In this document: in pieces, positions 1 through 17,503 of the stretch | Position numbering within the stretch: position 1 is the stretch's first letter | Layout: every line of letters starts with the position of its first letter | NCBI GenBank assembly: GCA_000146045.2 | Contig: BK006949.2 | Span: 544,001-608,000, forward strand | Source of the DNA: TPA_inf: Saccharomyces | Taxonomy: Eukaryota | Length of the DNA: 64,000 nt | Direction of reading: 5' to 3' | Notes under the pieces: model-generated | The model's input: only the letters and a program-made list of their open reading frames with translations | Databases searched by the model: none | Told to the model about the DNA's origin: nothing | Program-made: the position numbers and the translations under genes

Positions 1-573
1 GGAAGAAATACGCCATTTAAAGCCTTCCAATACGAAGCAAAACTTCAAAAGCAAATGCTGGGAAGTTGGATTATCTTTGGGAAGGTCTATTTCCTTTTTT
101 ATTGAAATAAATCATTCAGCTAATTGCATACCGTGGCTAATGTCACAACAGATGTAAGCAACAATTTAATCTTACATAAATGTGTTGCAGTTGTGGTATT
201 TCGTAATATATACGCAATGATTCTCTCCTATTATTGAACTGCTATGCAGGTATTCGCTACATTGTTTTTCTACAGGCAGTCGTCGACATAAATAACTTGT
301 ATAATCATTTAAGCGCATCCCAGTAATTAACTATTACCGAACGATAGAGTAGTCAAGATATTCTCTTCCCATCACTAACATCAAGAGCGCCACTTTTTGG
401 CAATTAAACTAGACTTCTGGATGGCGCTAGCCCATTACCTACAGTACTAAAGATTATTTGCGATATTCTGATAAAGAGCCTTGAACTTCTCGGGTGACCC
501 CCTTAGCGTTTATATAGCGGGAGTGCCAAACGAGAGGAACATCAACAACCAGTATAACAACGTTCTTGTGTAG

Positions 574-4143
<3,570 letters not shown>

Positions 4144-4470
4144 CCATAGCAGATTATACTATATTTTACGTAGTGAAAAAATAGGTAAAAATTCGTTAAT
4201 TATTCTGATGCCACACCAGAAAATCTGTGGGAAAATTTTTCGAGTCAGAAATGATAACACTAACACAGGCTTCGTTGTTATCGTGCATTGAAGTTAGATA
4301 CTTCTACTATATTTAATCTTTAATAGTGTCATAAAAGTATTATTGGTTTCGGGCGAAAATCGTCATTTTCGCACACAGAACTTCAAAAGAGGAAAGGCCA
4401 AAAGAACTAAAACCGATTACTTCGGGGTGATTTTGTTCTGGCATCTTCTGGCACTCTTGGGCATCCTTAG

Positions 4471-6306
<1,836 letters not shown>

Positions 6307-6631
6307 TGAGGGAGGCATAAGTGCCCTGGCATTTGGACAGGAATTTTATTAATATAGGCATTTTTATTGTACATATATACTTCATAGATCATATTCATTT
6401 AATTAGACTTCGAAAAGTTGAATCTCTTACGGCAAAGGAGAACAAGAGAAAGGTTAATTATTAGGTCTTATAAAATTTGTTCAATTAATTATAAAGGTGA
6501 TTACAATACCGGAATATTGGCCGAACAATACTTGAACCAAATTCAGATGAAATTAATAATAGGTAGACACGAGCTGGTGAAAAACAAGCACAATATAGAA
6601 AGGTTCGAATATATTAATTATTAGAAAAAAC

Positions 6632-7657
6632 TCAGATGTTTTCAGAACCGGAGGTATGACCGTTTTGACTAACATGATGATCGGCCTCATGGGCTTCATC
6701 ATCTACAGGAACTTCAGTAGTCCATTCAACTTCCTCTTCTTCGACTACTTGACCGGGGATATCTCCATTTTGGATTTCAGGTTCTTCTTCTTCTTCACCA
6801 TCTTCGTCTTCATAGACGTCATCAACGGTCTGATGAAATGAAAGAGTTGGTTTGACTGCAGCCATGTCTAGGGTCCAAGATTCCAAGGCCGATTCAGCAT
6901 CCATAATAATTTGGCGAGAAGCTTCATAGCCATCGTACGCTGGTCTAGCTTCACCTGGAGTGACAGGAGAGTCATCTAGCAGCTCCAATAAGGCCTTTCC
7001 GTATCCAGCAATCAGGGCAAATTTTTCAGAAAGCTCTCTTAATGAATCAAACATATAACTATAAGCAGCCTTTAATTTTTCACGTGTGATATTCGATAAT
7101 TGAGCCTCCGCAACCAAAGATTCAGCTTCGGCACGAACTAGTTCTTGCTCTAAAACTGGGATTTTTGTTGATTGAGGATCTTTATATTTCAAATGGGCAA
7201 TTTCATCTGTGATCTTTTCCTTACGATCTCTCGAAGGTTGAACAGAGGCTTCAATGTTCCTAATTGATTTTAATGTGACTCTGTATTGATCATATTTATC
7301 GATGAACTGGTCCTGTAGTTCACCCAACTCATATATTAAGACGCCTAATTTGTCGGTTACGTCGGAAACATCATCATCATTGTCAGCACCCCATAGAGAC
7401 AGTTGCTTTGCAGCTTCACGGCGTTCGCTGGCAACAACTTCCATAGCTCTAAGGACACCTTTTTCAGTCTTAACCAATTGAGATAATTTACGAGCCAACT
7501 CTGGCCCAAAGTTACCAGCCGCATTTTTTCTAAAACTAGACGCAATAGAGGCCTTTCCGAAGAACTTGGACTTCGTTGAGGATGGTGGTGGTGGAGGAGC
7601 TTGTAGCTCAGCAGCCGTTGGAGCTCTTTGATTTCTTAAAGAGTAAGTTCTGTGCAT
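6632..7657 (-). CDS. LSP1: Eisosome BAR-domain protein (Pil1 paralogue), 341 aa
   Basis: The longest ORF is 362 aa. The known protein begins MHRTYSLRNQ, which is the in-frame Met 21 codons downstream (ATG at 7655-7657 on the minus strand). It has an acidic C-terminal tail. Confidence 0.82.
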   Translation of the reverse strand: MHRTYSLRNQRAPTAAELQAPPPPPSSTKSKFFGKASIASSFRKNAAGNFGPELARKLSQLVKTEKGVLRAMEVVASERREAAKQLSLWGADNDDDVSDVTDKLGVLIYELGELQDQFIDKYDQYRVTLKSIRNIEASVQPSRDRKEKITDEIAHLKYKDPQSTKIPVLEQELVRAEAESLVAEAQLSNITREKLKAAYSYMFDSLRELSEKFALIAGYGKALLELLDDSPVTPGEARPAYDGYEASRQIIMDAESALESWTLDMAAVKPTLSFHQTVDDVYEDEDGEEEEEPEIQNGDIPGQVVEEEEVEWTTEVPVDDEAHEADHHVSQNGHTSGSENI

Positions 7658-8019
7658 TCTTGTGTTGGAGCTTTGAAAGTTTAATCTTTCGTATACCAAA
7701 TAAAGAGAATTTACGGTCAAGCATTGGAATTGAGGAAAGAGGTTAACTGATTTTTTTCTTTTCTATCTCACCTGTTTATATATTGCGATTTAGCCGTTGC
7801 ATCTTCCCGGTTTTTCCGTCTTTTTTTTAAAGGGCCCCTTTTTATCCCCTCTAACGCCTTTCGCAATCCCCTTTTCACTCGGCTGCAACGAGCGGGGTTG
7901 TAAGAGCTAAGCTTTCTAGCCTAGCAATGAAATAGAAGGACAAGTCAGACGATTGACGTCAAAAAAATGAGTCGCCTCTCTTTCTTTCTTAGGCCAACTA
8001 GACAGCCGTAGATGAAAAT

Positions 8020-9408
8020 ATGGAAAGATATGATAGACAGCTGAGACTATGGGGAGCATTGGGCCAAGATAGTTTGAACCGGTCCCGTGTGTGCGTGGTA
8101 GGACCTGCTACACCTTTGCTGCAGGAAGTTTTTAAGAATCTGGTGCTTGCCGGAATATCATCTCTTACTTGGCTCAAAGTAGAGTGTGCAGTTCAATCGG
8201 GTTCTCTGTTTTTAGCAGAGCTTAAAAAAGATCTTGAGCCATTGGCTTCTAAACAGCTAGAATATGAGGAAAATGACCTTAGAAAGACGTTACAGCAACC
8301 TCAGTATGATTGGACCCGCTTCTCGGTGGTGATCTTGACTTGTATTGGTGAGCAAACTGCGATGCTCGATTTAAATGAGATTAGGCGGCAGAGAGGAACA
8401 AAGTTTCCGCCTGTTCTAAACACTTTCGTCTCTGGATTTTATGGATATATATATCTGGTACTCTCAGAAACACATTTTGTTTTGCAAGCACACCCAGATA
8501 GTAAGAAGTATGATTTACGGTTACAGAACCCTTGGCCTGAACTAATAAATTACGTAGATACATTTGACCTAAGTAAAATGGATACAGCCACGTTTTCTGG
8601 TATTCCATATACTGTTTTGCTCATGAAGTGTATTGCAAAACTTGAAAGGGATGGTAATAATGGGAGGATAACGATTGATCAGATGAAGAAAGTTTTAGAC
8701 CAAATTTGCCTTCCTTTAGGGAATGATGTTATCTACGAACCCAATTATGTGGAAGCTAAACGCTATGCTTACTTGGCCTGCTCTCAAAATGATTGTTGTA
8801 AAGAACTGGAAGATCTGCTCCGAAATTTGGAAATATCAGATTATGGGAACGATTGGCATGATACTTATAACTACGAGATTCTCACACTATTATTGACTTT
8901 GAAAAATATTGCTAAAGAGAATGGGGAGCTCAGCTTTCAACCTTTAACGGGCACTCTCCCAGATATGGAGTCAACAACGGAAAATTATATCAGACTCAAG
9001 AAACTGTATGAAGTAAAAGCAAAGCTTGACAAGTCTCGTGTGGAGGAAAGTTTGGCTCGCAGTAAAAAAATAGTTTCACAGGATGTCTTGGAGACATTTT
9101 GTTCTCATTACGGGGAGGTCAGGAAAATATTGCCGCCAAAAAGTGACTTGTTAGGTATTTTTAGCACCTCGAATGCCCTTTTAGATGCATTAGTTATGGT
9201 CCAATTCTGGGAGCAACCGGCAGTAACTGCAGAGGATAAAGATGAGTTTATTGGTTTACGAGTCGACGATAACTATTCCGTAATGGCCTTTTTTGGAGGT
9301 GCAGTGGTTCAAGAGGCTATAAAGCTTATCACACACCATTACGTTCCTATTGATAACCTATTTTTATATAATGGCATTAATAATTCATCCGCAACATATA
9401 AAATATAA
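8020..9408 (+). CDS. ULA1: NEDD8 (Rub1) E1 activating enzyme regulatory subunit, 462 aa
   Basis: The ORF starts MERYDRQLRLWG, a ThiF/E1-like N-terminus. The 462-aa length and order match YPL003W. Confidence 0.82.
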   Translation: MERYDRQLRLWGALGQDSLNRSRVCVVGPATPLLQEVFKNLVLAGISSLTWLKVECAVQSGSLFLAELKKDLEPLASKQLEYEENDLRKTLQQPQYDWTRFSVVILTCIGEQTAMLDLNEIRRQRGTKFPPVLNTFVSGFYGYIYLVLSETHFVLQAHPDSKKYDLRLQNPWPELINYVDTFDLSKMDTATFSGIPYTVLLMKCIAKLERDGNNGRITIDQMKKVLDQICLPLGNDVIYEPNYVEAKRYAYLACSQNDCCKELEDLLRNLEISDYGNDWHDTYNYEILTLLLTLKNIAKENGELSFQPLTGTLPDMESTTENYIRLKKLYEVKAKLDKSRVEESLARSKKIVSQDVLETFCSHYGEVRKILPPKSDLLGIFSTSNALLDALVMVQFWEQPAVTAEDKDEFIGLRVDDNYSVMAFFGGAVVQEAIKLITHHYVPIDNLFLYNGINNSSATYKI

Positions 9409-9626
9409 AATTTTTTCGTCAGCTCTCCGAGTTCATAGAATGCTTATTTTATTGTACTTCCCTGGTTTGCGTTGATGCAAATAAAGACTAAATGTAAACT
9501 TTTATGATGCATATGATATCGAATGTTTACAACAACGAGAGATCACCGGTAAGAACTGTGCTCAATAAAATACAACATCGATAAATACTTAACGCTCATC
9601 CACCATTCCTGTTCAAGTCAACTATC

Positions 9627-10328
9627 TCACAGTTGCCTCGTAATCCAAGAGGGATCCCAATACAACGCCTCTGCACCACCTTGATAATCAATCCACAATA
9701 AACCGTTAGCGACCATTTCATCAAGAGCAGATTTACTCCTAACAGCCTCCCATCCCAAGTTTGCCTTTAATAAAGAGATACTTGAGTAGCCCAGAATTGA
9801 GCATATTTCCAAAATCTTTGTTTGATCTGATGTCAACTCATTTGGAACACTTCGTAAAAACTTTTTGCCGCGAATTTGAAATATCTCAAAACACTCTAGG
9901 CTCTTTAGCATGTCGATAGATTTTTCCAAATCATCGAGTCCAACATTCAGCTTACGAAAATGCACCTTCTCCAACTCTTGAAAAGAAATGACGCCTCCAT
10001 TCATATCTTTAGTTTGCCGACAAATTTCTATAACTTTAAGACATACTTCATAATAAAAATCATTCACTGTAAATAAGTGCTTATCTCGATCAAATAAAGA
10101 TAGGGGATCAATCCCAATAGATGAGCACATATGCATGAATTTTGAGCGGAATTCAGGTGAAGCTTGAAGCTCGCTATTGTGTTTCTTGGCAAATTCTACC
10201 AGTCGTTCTTGGAATACCATTAATTGGTCCCTTAGTTCGACAGATTGCTTTTCAAGTATGGTTTTGTTTACGTCATTGTACTTTCCATCCTTCAACTCGT
10301 CAAAGGCTGCCAGTCCAAACTGTTTCAT
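9627..10328 (-). CDS. SNF8: ESCRT-II subunit Vps22, 233 aa
   Basis: The 233-aa ORF sits between ULA1 and HAT1 on the minus strand and matches YPL002C. Confidence 0.82.
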   Translation of the reverse strand: MKQFGLAAFDELKDGKYNDVNKTILEKQSVELRDQLMVFQERLVEFAKKHNSELQASPEFRSKFMHMCSSIGIDPLSLFDRDKHLFTVNDFYYEVCLKVIEICRQTKDMNGGVISFQELEKVHFRKLNVGLDDLEKSIDMLKSLECFEIFQIRGKKFLRSVPNELTSDQTKILEICSILGYSSISLLKANLGWEAVRSKSALDEMVANGLLWIDYQGGAEALYWDPSWITRQL

Positions 10329-10577
10329 GTTAGTGAGTTTCGAAGTTGGCTGTTACGCCAAGCATTTTCAAGTCGTGGTAAAGTCTTTGGTCTACTGCAT
10401 CGCCTCAAAAGGTTATAATATATCCCAGAATTGATGGATTAAGTTCTTGAAATAGCACACCGTTATAAGTGATAAATATATTGTCTTCGAATAACGAATT
10501 TATTAGATTTCTATGTATTTCTACTTGAAGTTAGGAATAGATCTTTCTGGAATTGTTTTCAGCAAAATTATGCTTAA

Positions 10578-11729
<1,152 letters not shown>

Positions 11730-11956
11730 CTGTTTATTAAATATATAATAACATATTTATTTGTTTAACAAGCCTGAAATAAGAAATTCTTTTATAAATA
11801 CATCATCGAGATGATCATCAAAGTGTCTCTATAGTTAATATAAGCTTATGCAAAGGTTGAAGCCGTTATGTTGTCGTAATTCTAAATTACAGGTTATATT
11901 AAAGAGATTATCTTGACTGATATAAAATTTCTTATCATGGTAGTGATCACAAATAG

Positions 11957-12072
11957 ATCACATGATATATTTTTTATTTTTAATTTTTTTTAATTATAAA
12001 AATAATTTTTTTCTTTAAATTAAACAAAAATAAAAAATTGTTTTTTGTTGGTTAAGATTTCCGAAAATAGAA
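11957..12072 (+). other. CEN16: Point centromere CEN16 (CDEI-CDEII-CDEIII)
   Basis: CDEI is ATCACATG (RTCACRTG consensus) at 11957-11964. It is followed by an ~83-bp tract of more than 90% A+T (CDEII). CDEIII then has the invariant TTCCGAA core, with CCG at 12061-12063. The position between YPL001W and YPR001W matches the known centromere location. Confidence 0.88.
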
Positions 12073-12376
12073 ATATTATTCAGTTGAAAGACAAAAAAAC
12101 ATAAATATTTCTATGAGCAAACAATTTGAACAGAAAAATAAAATTGGGGAAGTGACACACCATGGTAGCGGTTCTAAAGCGAAATCGGCAAAGCGGCTAA
12201 ATAGCAGTTTTGATGACTTACTCCACACTGAAAATGGATGACCTTAAATAGGAGATAAAGCTTTTTCATCCCTATGTATTTAAGATGACTGGCTTGTCAA
12301 GCATTCTAATCATAAAAAAAAGATCGTATTTGATCAAGAATTTATACATAGACGCCGCTAAATAATTGAATACAAA

Positions 12377-13837
12377 ATGGTACAAAGGCTTCTACCGGGC
12401 GCACATATATGCAGAAGGTCCTTCAATTCGTCTGCAATTATAAAGTCTTCTGCATTGACTCTCAAGGAAGCATTAGAAAACGTGATACCTAAGAAAAGAG
12501 ATGCTGTGAAGAAATTGAAGGCCTGTTATGGCAGCACGTTTGTCGGACCGATTACCATTTCATCAGTTCTAGGTGGGATGAGAGGTAATCAGTCAATGTT
12601 TTGGCAAGGAACATCATTAGATCCCGAACATGGCATTAAATTTCAAGGTTTAACGATTGAAGAATGTCAAAATAGATTACCTAATACAGGTATTGATGGC
12701 GATAATTTCCTGCCAGAATCAATGTTATGGCTGTTGATGACAGGTGGTGTGCCAACTTTCCAGCAAGCTGCTTCTTTCAGGAAAGAATTGGCTATTCGTG
12801 GAAGGAAATTGCCACATTATACAGAGAAAGTTTTGTCAAGTTTACCCAAAGATATGCACCCTATGACCCAACTTGCAATTGGTTTAGCATCAATGAACAA
12901 AGGATCCCTCTTTGCTACAAACTACCAAAAGGGCCTCATAGGAAAGATGGAATTTTGGAAAGATACTCTTGAAGATTCGCTAAATTTAATTGCTTCACTC
13001 CCGCTGCTGACTGGGAGAATTTATTCGAACATTACAAATGAGGGACACCCATTAGGTCAATATAGTGAGGAGGTGGATTGGTGTACAAACATATGTTCCC
13101 TGCTCGGCATGACAAATGGAACGAACTCTTCTAATACATGCAACCTTACTTCCCAGCAATCCCTGGACTTCATAAACTTGATGCGGTTATATACCGGTAT
13201 ACATGTAGACCATGAAGGTGGTAATGTTTCTGCTCACACCACCCACTTGGTTGGAAGTGCGTTGAGTGACCCGTATCTCAGCTATTCATCTGGAATAATG
13301 GGATTAGCGGGTCCTTTGCATGGGTTAGCAGCACAAGAAGTAGTAAGGTTTCTCATAGAGATGAACTCTAATATTTCCAGCATTGCACGAGAACAAGAAA
13401 TCAAAGATTATCTTTGGAAAATTTTGAATTCAAACCGTGTGATCCCCGGTTATGGGCACGCAGTTTTGCGTAAACCGGATCCTCGATTTACAGCAATGCT
13501 TGAATTTGCGCAAAAGAGGCCTATTGAATTTGAGAACGACAAGAACGTTTTGTTGATGCAAAAATTGGCAGAAATAGCGCCTAAGGTTTTGTTGGAACAC
13601 GGAAAGAGTAAGAATCCATTTCCCAATGTTGACTCTGCATCGGGGATTTTGTTTTATCATTATGGAATCAGGGAATTATTATTCTTTACCGTCATTTTTG
13701 GGTGTTCAAGGGCCATGGGACCCTTGACACAACTTGTTTGGGATCGCATTCTAGGTTTACCAATTGAAAGGCCCAAGAGTTTGAACTTGGAGGGTCTGGA
13801 AGCACTTACCAAAGCAAGCAATGTTAACAAGTTGTAA
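12377..13837 (+). CDS. CIT3: Mitochondrial citrate / 2-methylcitrate synthase, 486 aa
   Basis: The citrate synthase signature around GYGHAVLR is present. The 486-aa length and position as the first gene right of CEN16 match YPR001W. Confidence 0.88.
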   Translation: MVQRLLPGAHICRRSFNSSAIIKSSALTLKEALENVIPKKRDAVKKLKACYGSTFVGPITISSVLGGMRGNQSMFWQGTSLDPEHGIKFQGLTIEECQNRLPNTGIDGDNFLPESMLWLLMTGGVPTFQQAASFRKELAIRGRKLPHYTEKVLSSLPKDMHPMTQLAIGLASMNKGSLFATNYQKGLIGKMEFWKDTLEDSLNLIASLPLLTGRIYSNITNEGHPLGQYSEEVDWCTNICSLLGMTNGTNSSNTCNLTSQQSLDFINLMRLYTGIHVDHEGGNVSAHTTHLVGSALSDPYLSYSSGIMGLAGPLHGLAAQEVVRFLIEMNSNISSIAREQEIKDYLWKILNSNRVIPGYGHAVLRKPDPRFTAMLEFAQKRPIEFENDKNVLLMQKLAEIAPKVLLEHGKSKNPFPNVDSASGILFYHYGIRELLFFTVIFGCSRAMGPLTQLVWDRILGLPIERPKSLNLEGLEALTKASNVNKL

Positions 13838-14384
13838 CGCAGTTCCAATTTACAAGAATGCTTCGTTTGCTATTACAATATTGAAATATAAATAAAATTC
13901 CATACAGCATGTCTAATCATAGCTAATTTATACATATTCATCATGAAAACATATAGGGGAAAATATGGTCGGTTAACACACCTATCAAAAAATTATTCAG
14001 CAATTCCAATCTCGTTAGTAAAATATATTCTTATTTTTTTTTTTTTTCTCTGATTGTATTATTTCTGGAGTTTTGACTTATTTTTTTACCACATCGCGCT
14101 TTTCGTCCCCAATCTCTCTGATATATGATGCTGTCTATAGGTAGCCACTTCCCCGATGTCGGACCTCGGGCCGTTTACAAACTTTATTGAGATGACCTTA
14201 TTTCTCCACATTCTAGTCATTCAACTTTTACCCTCATATGTTTACCTTCACTAATGTGAAAGCATGACCAAAGAAAGTGTATAAGGTATATAAATCTGCC
14301 ATAATGTATGTATAACTTATTAGGACTTTCTCAAATAGTATTTTGGTATTTTCTACTGTTCTCTGATGATCGAGAGCAAACAGA

Positions 14385-15935
14385 ATGTTTTTAGCCAAAA
14401 ATCTAAAAAATAATAAAATCAAGGTATGCTTGCCTAAAAAGAAATTTGCTGCGCTGAGTACAGCGTCTATACAAACTAATGAAAGACCAAATCCAGATAA
14501 GGTTTTGAAGGACATCGCGAAATATGTCCATGAAACCCCATTAAAATCATCTTTGGCTCTAGATACAGCACGACTCTGTTTCCTTGATACTCTAGGCTGT
14601 GGCTTGGCGGCTTTGAAATTTAAGCAGGCTCAAAATATTATTAAACCAATTGTGCCAGGAACAATAGTTCCCAGTGGAACAAAAATATTGGGCACATCTT
14701 ACGTTATGGATCCAGTGAAGGGAGCTTTTGCCATTGGTACTCTAATACGTTGGTTAGATTACAATGACTGCTGGTTAGCTGCCGAGTGGGGGCACCCATC
14801 AGATAACCTTGGGGGAATTTTAGCTGTCGCGGATCACTTGTCCAGATTAAACAAGGCTACCCACGGAAAGAATGGAAAACAGTTTCTTGTTAAAGACGTA
14901 TTAGAGGCAATGATTAAAGCGCATGAAATCCAAGGTATTATAGCGCTCGAAAATTCTTTCAATAAAGTAGGTTTAGATCATGTGGTACTCGTGAAAGTAG
15001 CAACGGCTGGTGTTGTCTCGAAGATGCTGGGCCTGAGCCAGGAACAAACTATTGAAGCATTGTCACAAGCATTTGTAGACGGTCAATCACTGCGTACTTA
15101 CCGTCATGCCCCAAATACTGGATCTAGAAAGTCGTGGGCGGCGGGAGATGCAGTTTCGAGGGCTGTAAACTTGGCTTATTTAGTCAAAAATGCTAATGTT
15201 GGCACGATACCTTCAGTATTAACAGCTAGAACCTGGGGATTTTATGACGTTTTATTTAAGGGTAAACCTTTTTCATTCCAACAAAGATCAAAATATGATT
15301 CCTACGTCATGGAAAACGTTCTGTTCAAGATATCATTTCCTGCCGAATTCCATGCGCAAACTGCTGTAGAAGCTGCTGTAAAAGCATATAGGATTCTTGC
15401 CAAACAAGGGAAAACTTTTAAAGATATTAAATCGATCAGAATTAGAACTCAAGAGGCGGCAATGAGGATTATAGATAAATCCGGTCCTCTGTATAATTAT
15501 GCCGATAGGGATCATTGTATCCAGTACATGATCGCGGTTCCGCTGATTACTGGTAATCTCACAGCTACTGATTATTCGGATGAGGTCGCAAGAAATCCTG
15601 AGATCGATAACTTGAGATCGAAAATGTACTGTATCGAAGATACTCATCTCACTCAAAACTATCACGATCCTGATAAAAGGTCGATAGGAAACGCTCTTCT
15701 CATAGAGCTGAACGATGGGACGCAGTTGGATGAAATTTTTGTAGAGTACCCTGTTGGTCACAAATTTAGACGAGAGGAAGGAATACCATTACTAATGAAT
15801 AAATTTCAAAGGCATCTGCGCGAACATTTTGTAGAGAGCCCTGATAAAGTCGACCTTATAATGAAGGTAAGTTCAAAAACAAACTTTTTGAATATGCAAA
15901 TCGACAAATACATGGATTTGTTTACTGAGGGATGA
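14385..15935 (+). CDS. PDH1: Mitochondrial 2-methylcitrate dehydratase (PrpD/MmgE family), 516 aa
   Basis: The 516-aa PrpD-family ORF lies directly downstream of CIT3 on the same strand and matches YPR002W. Confidence 0.85.
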   Translation: MFLAKNLKNNKIKVCLPKKKFAALSTASIQTNERPNPDKVLKDIAKYVHETPLKSSLALDTARLCFLDTLGCGLAALKFKQAQNIIKPIVPGTIVPSGTKILGTSYVMDPVKGAFAIGTLIRWLDYNDCWLAAEWGHPSDNLGGILAVADHLSRLNKATHGKNGKQFLVKDVLEAMIKAHEIQGIIALENSFNKVGLDHVVLVKVATAGVVSKMLGLSQEQTIEALSQAFVDGQSLRTYRHAPNTGSRKSWAAGDAVSRAVNLAYLVKNANVGTIPSVLTARTWGFYDVLFKGKPFSFQQRSKYDSYVMENVLFKISFPAEFHAQTAVEAAVKAYRILAKQGKTFKDIKSIRIRTQEAAMRIIDKSGPLYNYADRDHCIQYMIAVPLITGNLTATDYSDEVARNPEIDNLRSKMYCIEDTHLTQNYHDPDKRSIGNALLIELNDGTQLDEIFVEYPVGHKFRREEGIPLLMNKFQRHLREHFVESPDKVDLIMKVSSKTNFLNMQIDKYMDLFTEG

Positions 15936-16196
15936 ATGGTTGGCTCTTTAAGAGCGAACGGCATGGTACCTACTTCAATTTTTAAAGACAAAAGGCGCCG
16001 TTTCGATAAACAAGAAATCACTTTCAAAACATAATTAAACCAAAGAACATGCGGTTTTCTAATTATGCTGGCTTAATTTTACTGGTATTTATCTACATAA
16101 TAATAACTATTAAAAAATTAAATAATTGGCTCTATTTATTTTTCTTTCTTCAACTTGCAAGAGTTCGTCAATTCATGGAAAAATACAAAAATAGAA

Positions 16197-16289
16197 ATGC
16201 GAATTCTGTGGATCGAACACAGGACCTCCAGATAACTTGACCGAAGTTTTTTCTTCAGTCTGGCGCTCTCCCAACTGAGCTAAATCCGC
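16197..16289 (-). tRNA. tF(GAA): tRNA-Phe (GAA) with ~19-nt intron
   Basis: The reverse complement reads GCGGATTTAGCTCAGTTGGGAGAGCGCCAGACTGAAGA[aaaaacttcggtcaagtta]TCTGGAGGTCCTGTGTTCGATCCACAGAATTCGCA, which is the classic yeast tRNA-Phe sequence with its intron. Confidence 0.93.
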
Positions 16290-16371
16290 TCAATTTCTAT
16301 GCTCTAACCACCTTAGCTAAAAACTCAATACAGGATTAGTTGATAAATGGGTGTTATCAACTCAATCCACA

Positions 16372-16480
16372 GTGTTGGAATCAGAGTCAGTTATCATCTT
16401 TGGGCTAGTATTATTGTAAGTGTTGGAATAAAAATTCTAAAATATCATCCATTTAGTAGTGTTCATATTACTAATATATC
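16372..16480 (+). mobile_element. Two tandem truncated 5' LTR (delta-type) fragments; the second is the 5' part of an older LTR
   Basis: Both fragments start with the TGTTGGAAT LTR terminus, at 16372 and at 16421. The second continues after the inserted delta at 16813. Confidence 0.6.
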
Positions 16481-16812
16481 TGTTGGAATAAAAATCCACT
16501 ATCGTCTATCAACTAATAGTTATATTATCAATATATTATCATATACGGTGTTAAGATGATGACATAAGTTATGAGAAGCTGTCATCGAGGTTAGAGGAAG
16601 CTGAAGTGCAAGGATTGATAATGTAATAGGATAATGAAACATATAAAACGGAATGAGGAATATTCGTAATATTAGTATGTAGAAATATAGATTCCATTTT
16701 GAGGATTCCTATATCCTCGAGGAGAACTTCTAGTATATTCTGTATACCTAATATTATAGCCTTCATCAACAATGGAATCCCAACAATTATCTCAACATTC
16801 ACCCATTTCTCA
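16481..16812 (+). mobile_element. Solo Ty1/Ty2-type delta LTR (~332 bp) inserted into an older LTR, with 5-bp target-site duplication ATATC
   Basis: The element starts TGTTGGAATAAAAATC… and ends …CACCCATTTCTCA. ATATC lies immediately before it (16476-16480) and after it (16813-16817). The internal sequence matches the delta consensus (…ggattcctatatcctcgaggagaacttctagtat…). Confidence 0.8.
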
Positions 16813-17087
16813 ATATCATCACGTGCGGTCTAAGAAGATGATATGAAGATTGAGAATAGTCATCAGGTGTAATGGAAGCTAATTGCAAGGATTGGTAATT
16901 TAGTAGGATGATGAATGACAGTCACATAAGATGAAAAGGAAAACAATAATGCCATTATATCGAGAATATCGATCTCTTCGTGGATTCTTCTCATAGAGAA
17001 ATTCTAGTATAATATATATACGAAATATTATGGCCTTTAACAACAATAAAATTCCAACAATTATCAACTAATTCGAACATCTCTTGA
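16813..17087 (+). mobile_element. 3' portion of an older, diverged delta-like LTR interrupted by the younger delta
   Basis: The sequence is collinear with delta from about position 50 to the terminus (…attccaacaattatcaact…tctcttga). The same subfamily reappears inverted at 27.85-28.17 kb. Confidence 0.65.
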
Positions 17088-17503
17088 CAATATACATTAT
17101 TAATTTTTACATTTCGACTTTCTTTGAATTAGGGACTGTCTCTCAATTCATCTCTTTCTCATACAGAATATCACTTATCCTATATAACTTATATAAGATT
17201 AGAATCTAACTAGAGCGAGGAGAGCGGAAACTCGGATCAAAAGTGATTGTTTAAGTGTTTGTGCGTTTGTGCGGCTCATTAAGACAATAAGGTTTTGCTT
17301 TTGTATTCAATTTTGTGGGTTTTATAACGTATAAATGCGCTTCTTGAAAGCTTGTTAACGATTTTATCGTAAAGAAATAAATAAACTAAAGAATTGAGGA
17401 GACAATACTGTTTTGATAAATAAGCCCCAAAAATATTATAGGGCCGCAAGGAATAAATTTCATAATGCGCATATGCCCAGACTCCTCTGTTTCTTTCGAA
17501 GTT

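Noticed and set aside
11990-12045. Possible ARS consensus (WTTTAYRTTTW) matches within the A/T-rich CDEII and flanks
   Set aside because: Only one-mismatch hits are present (for example TAAACAAAAAT). Such hits are expected by chance in ~90% A+T DNA, so I cannot support an origin call from sequence alone.
16347-16802. 70-aa and 77-aa ORFs at 16347-16559 and 16569-16802
   Set aside because: They lie entirely inside delta LTR sequence, which routinely contains short spurious ORFs.
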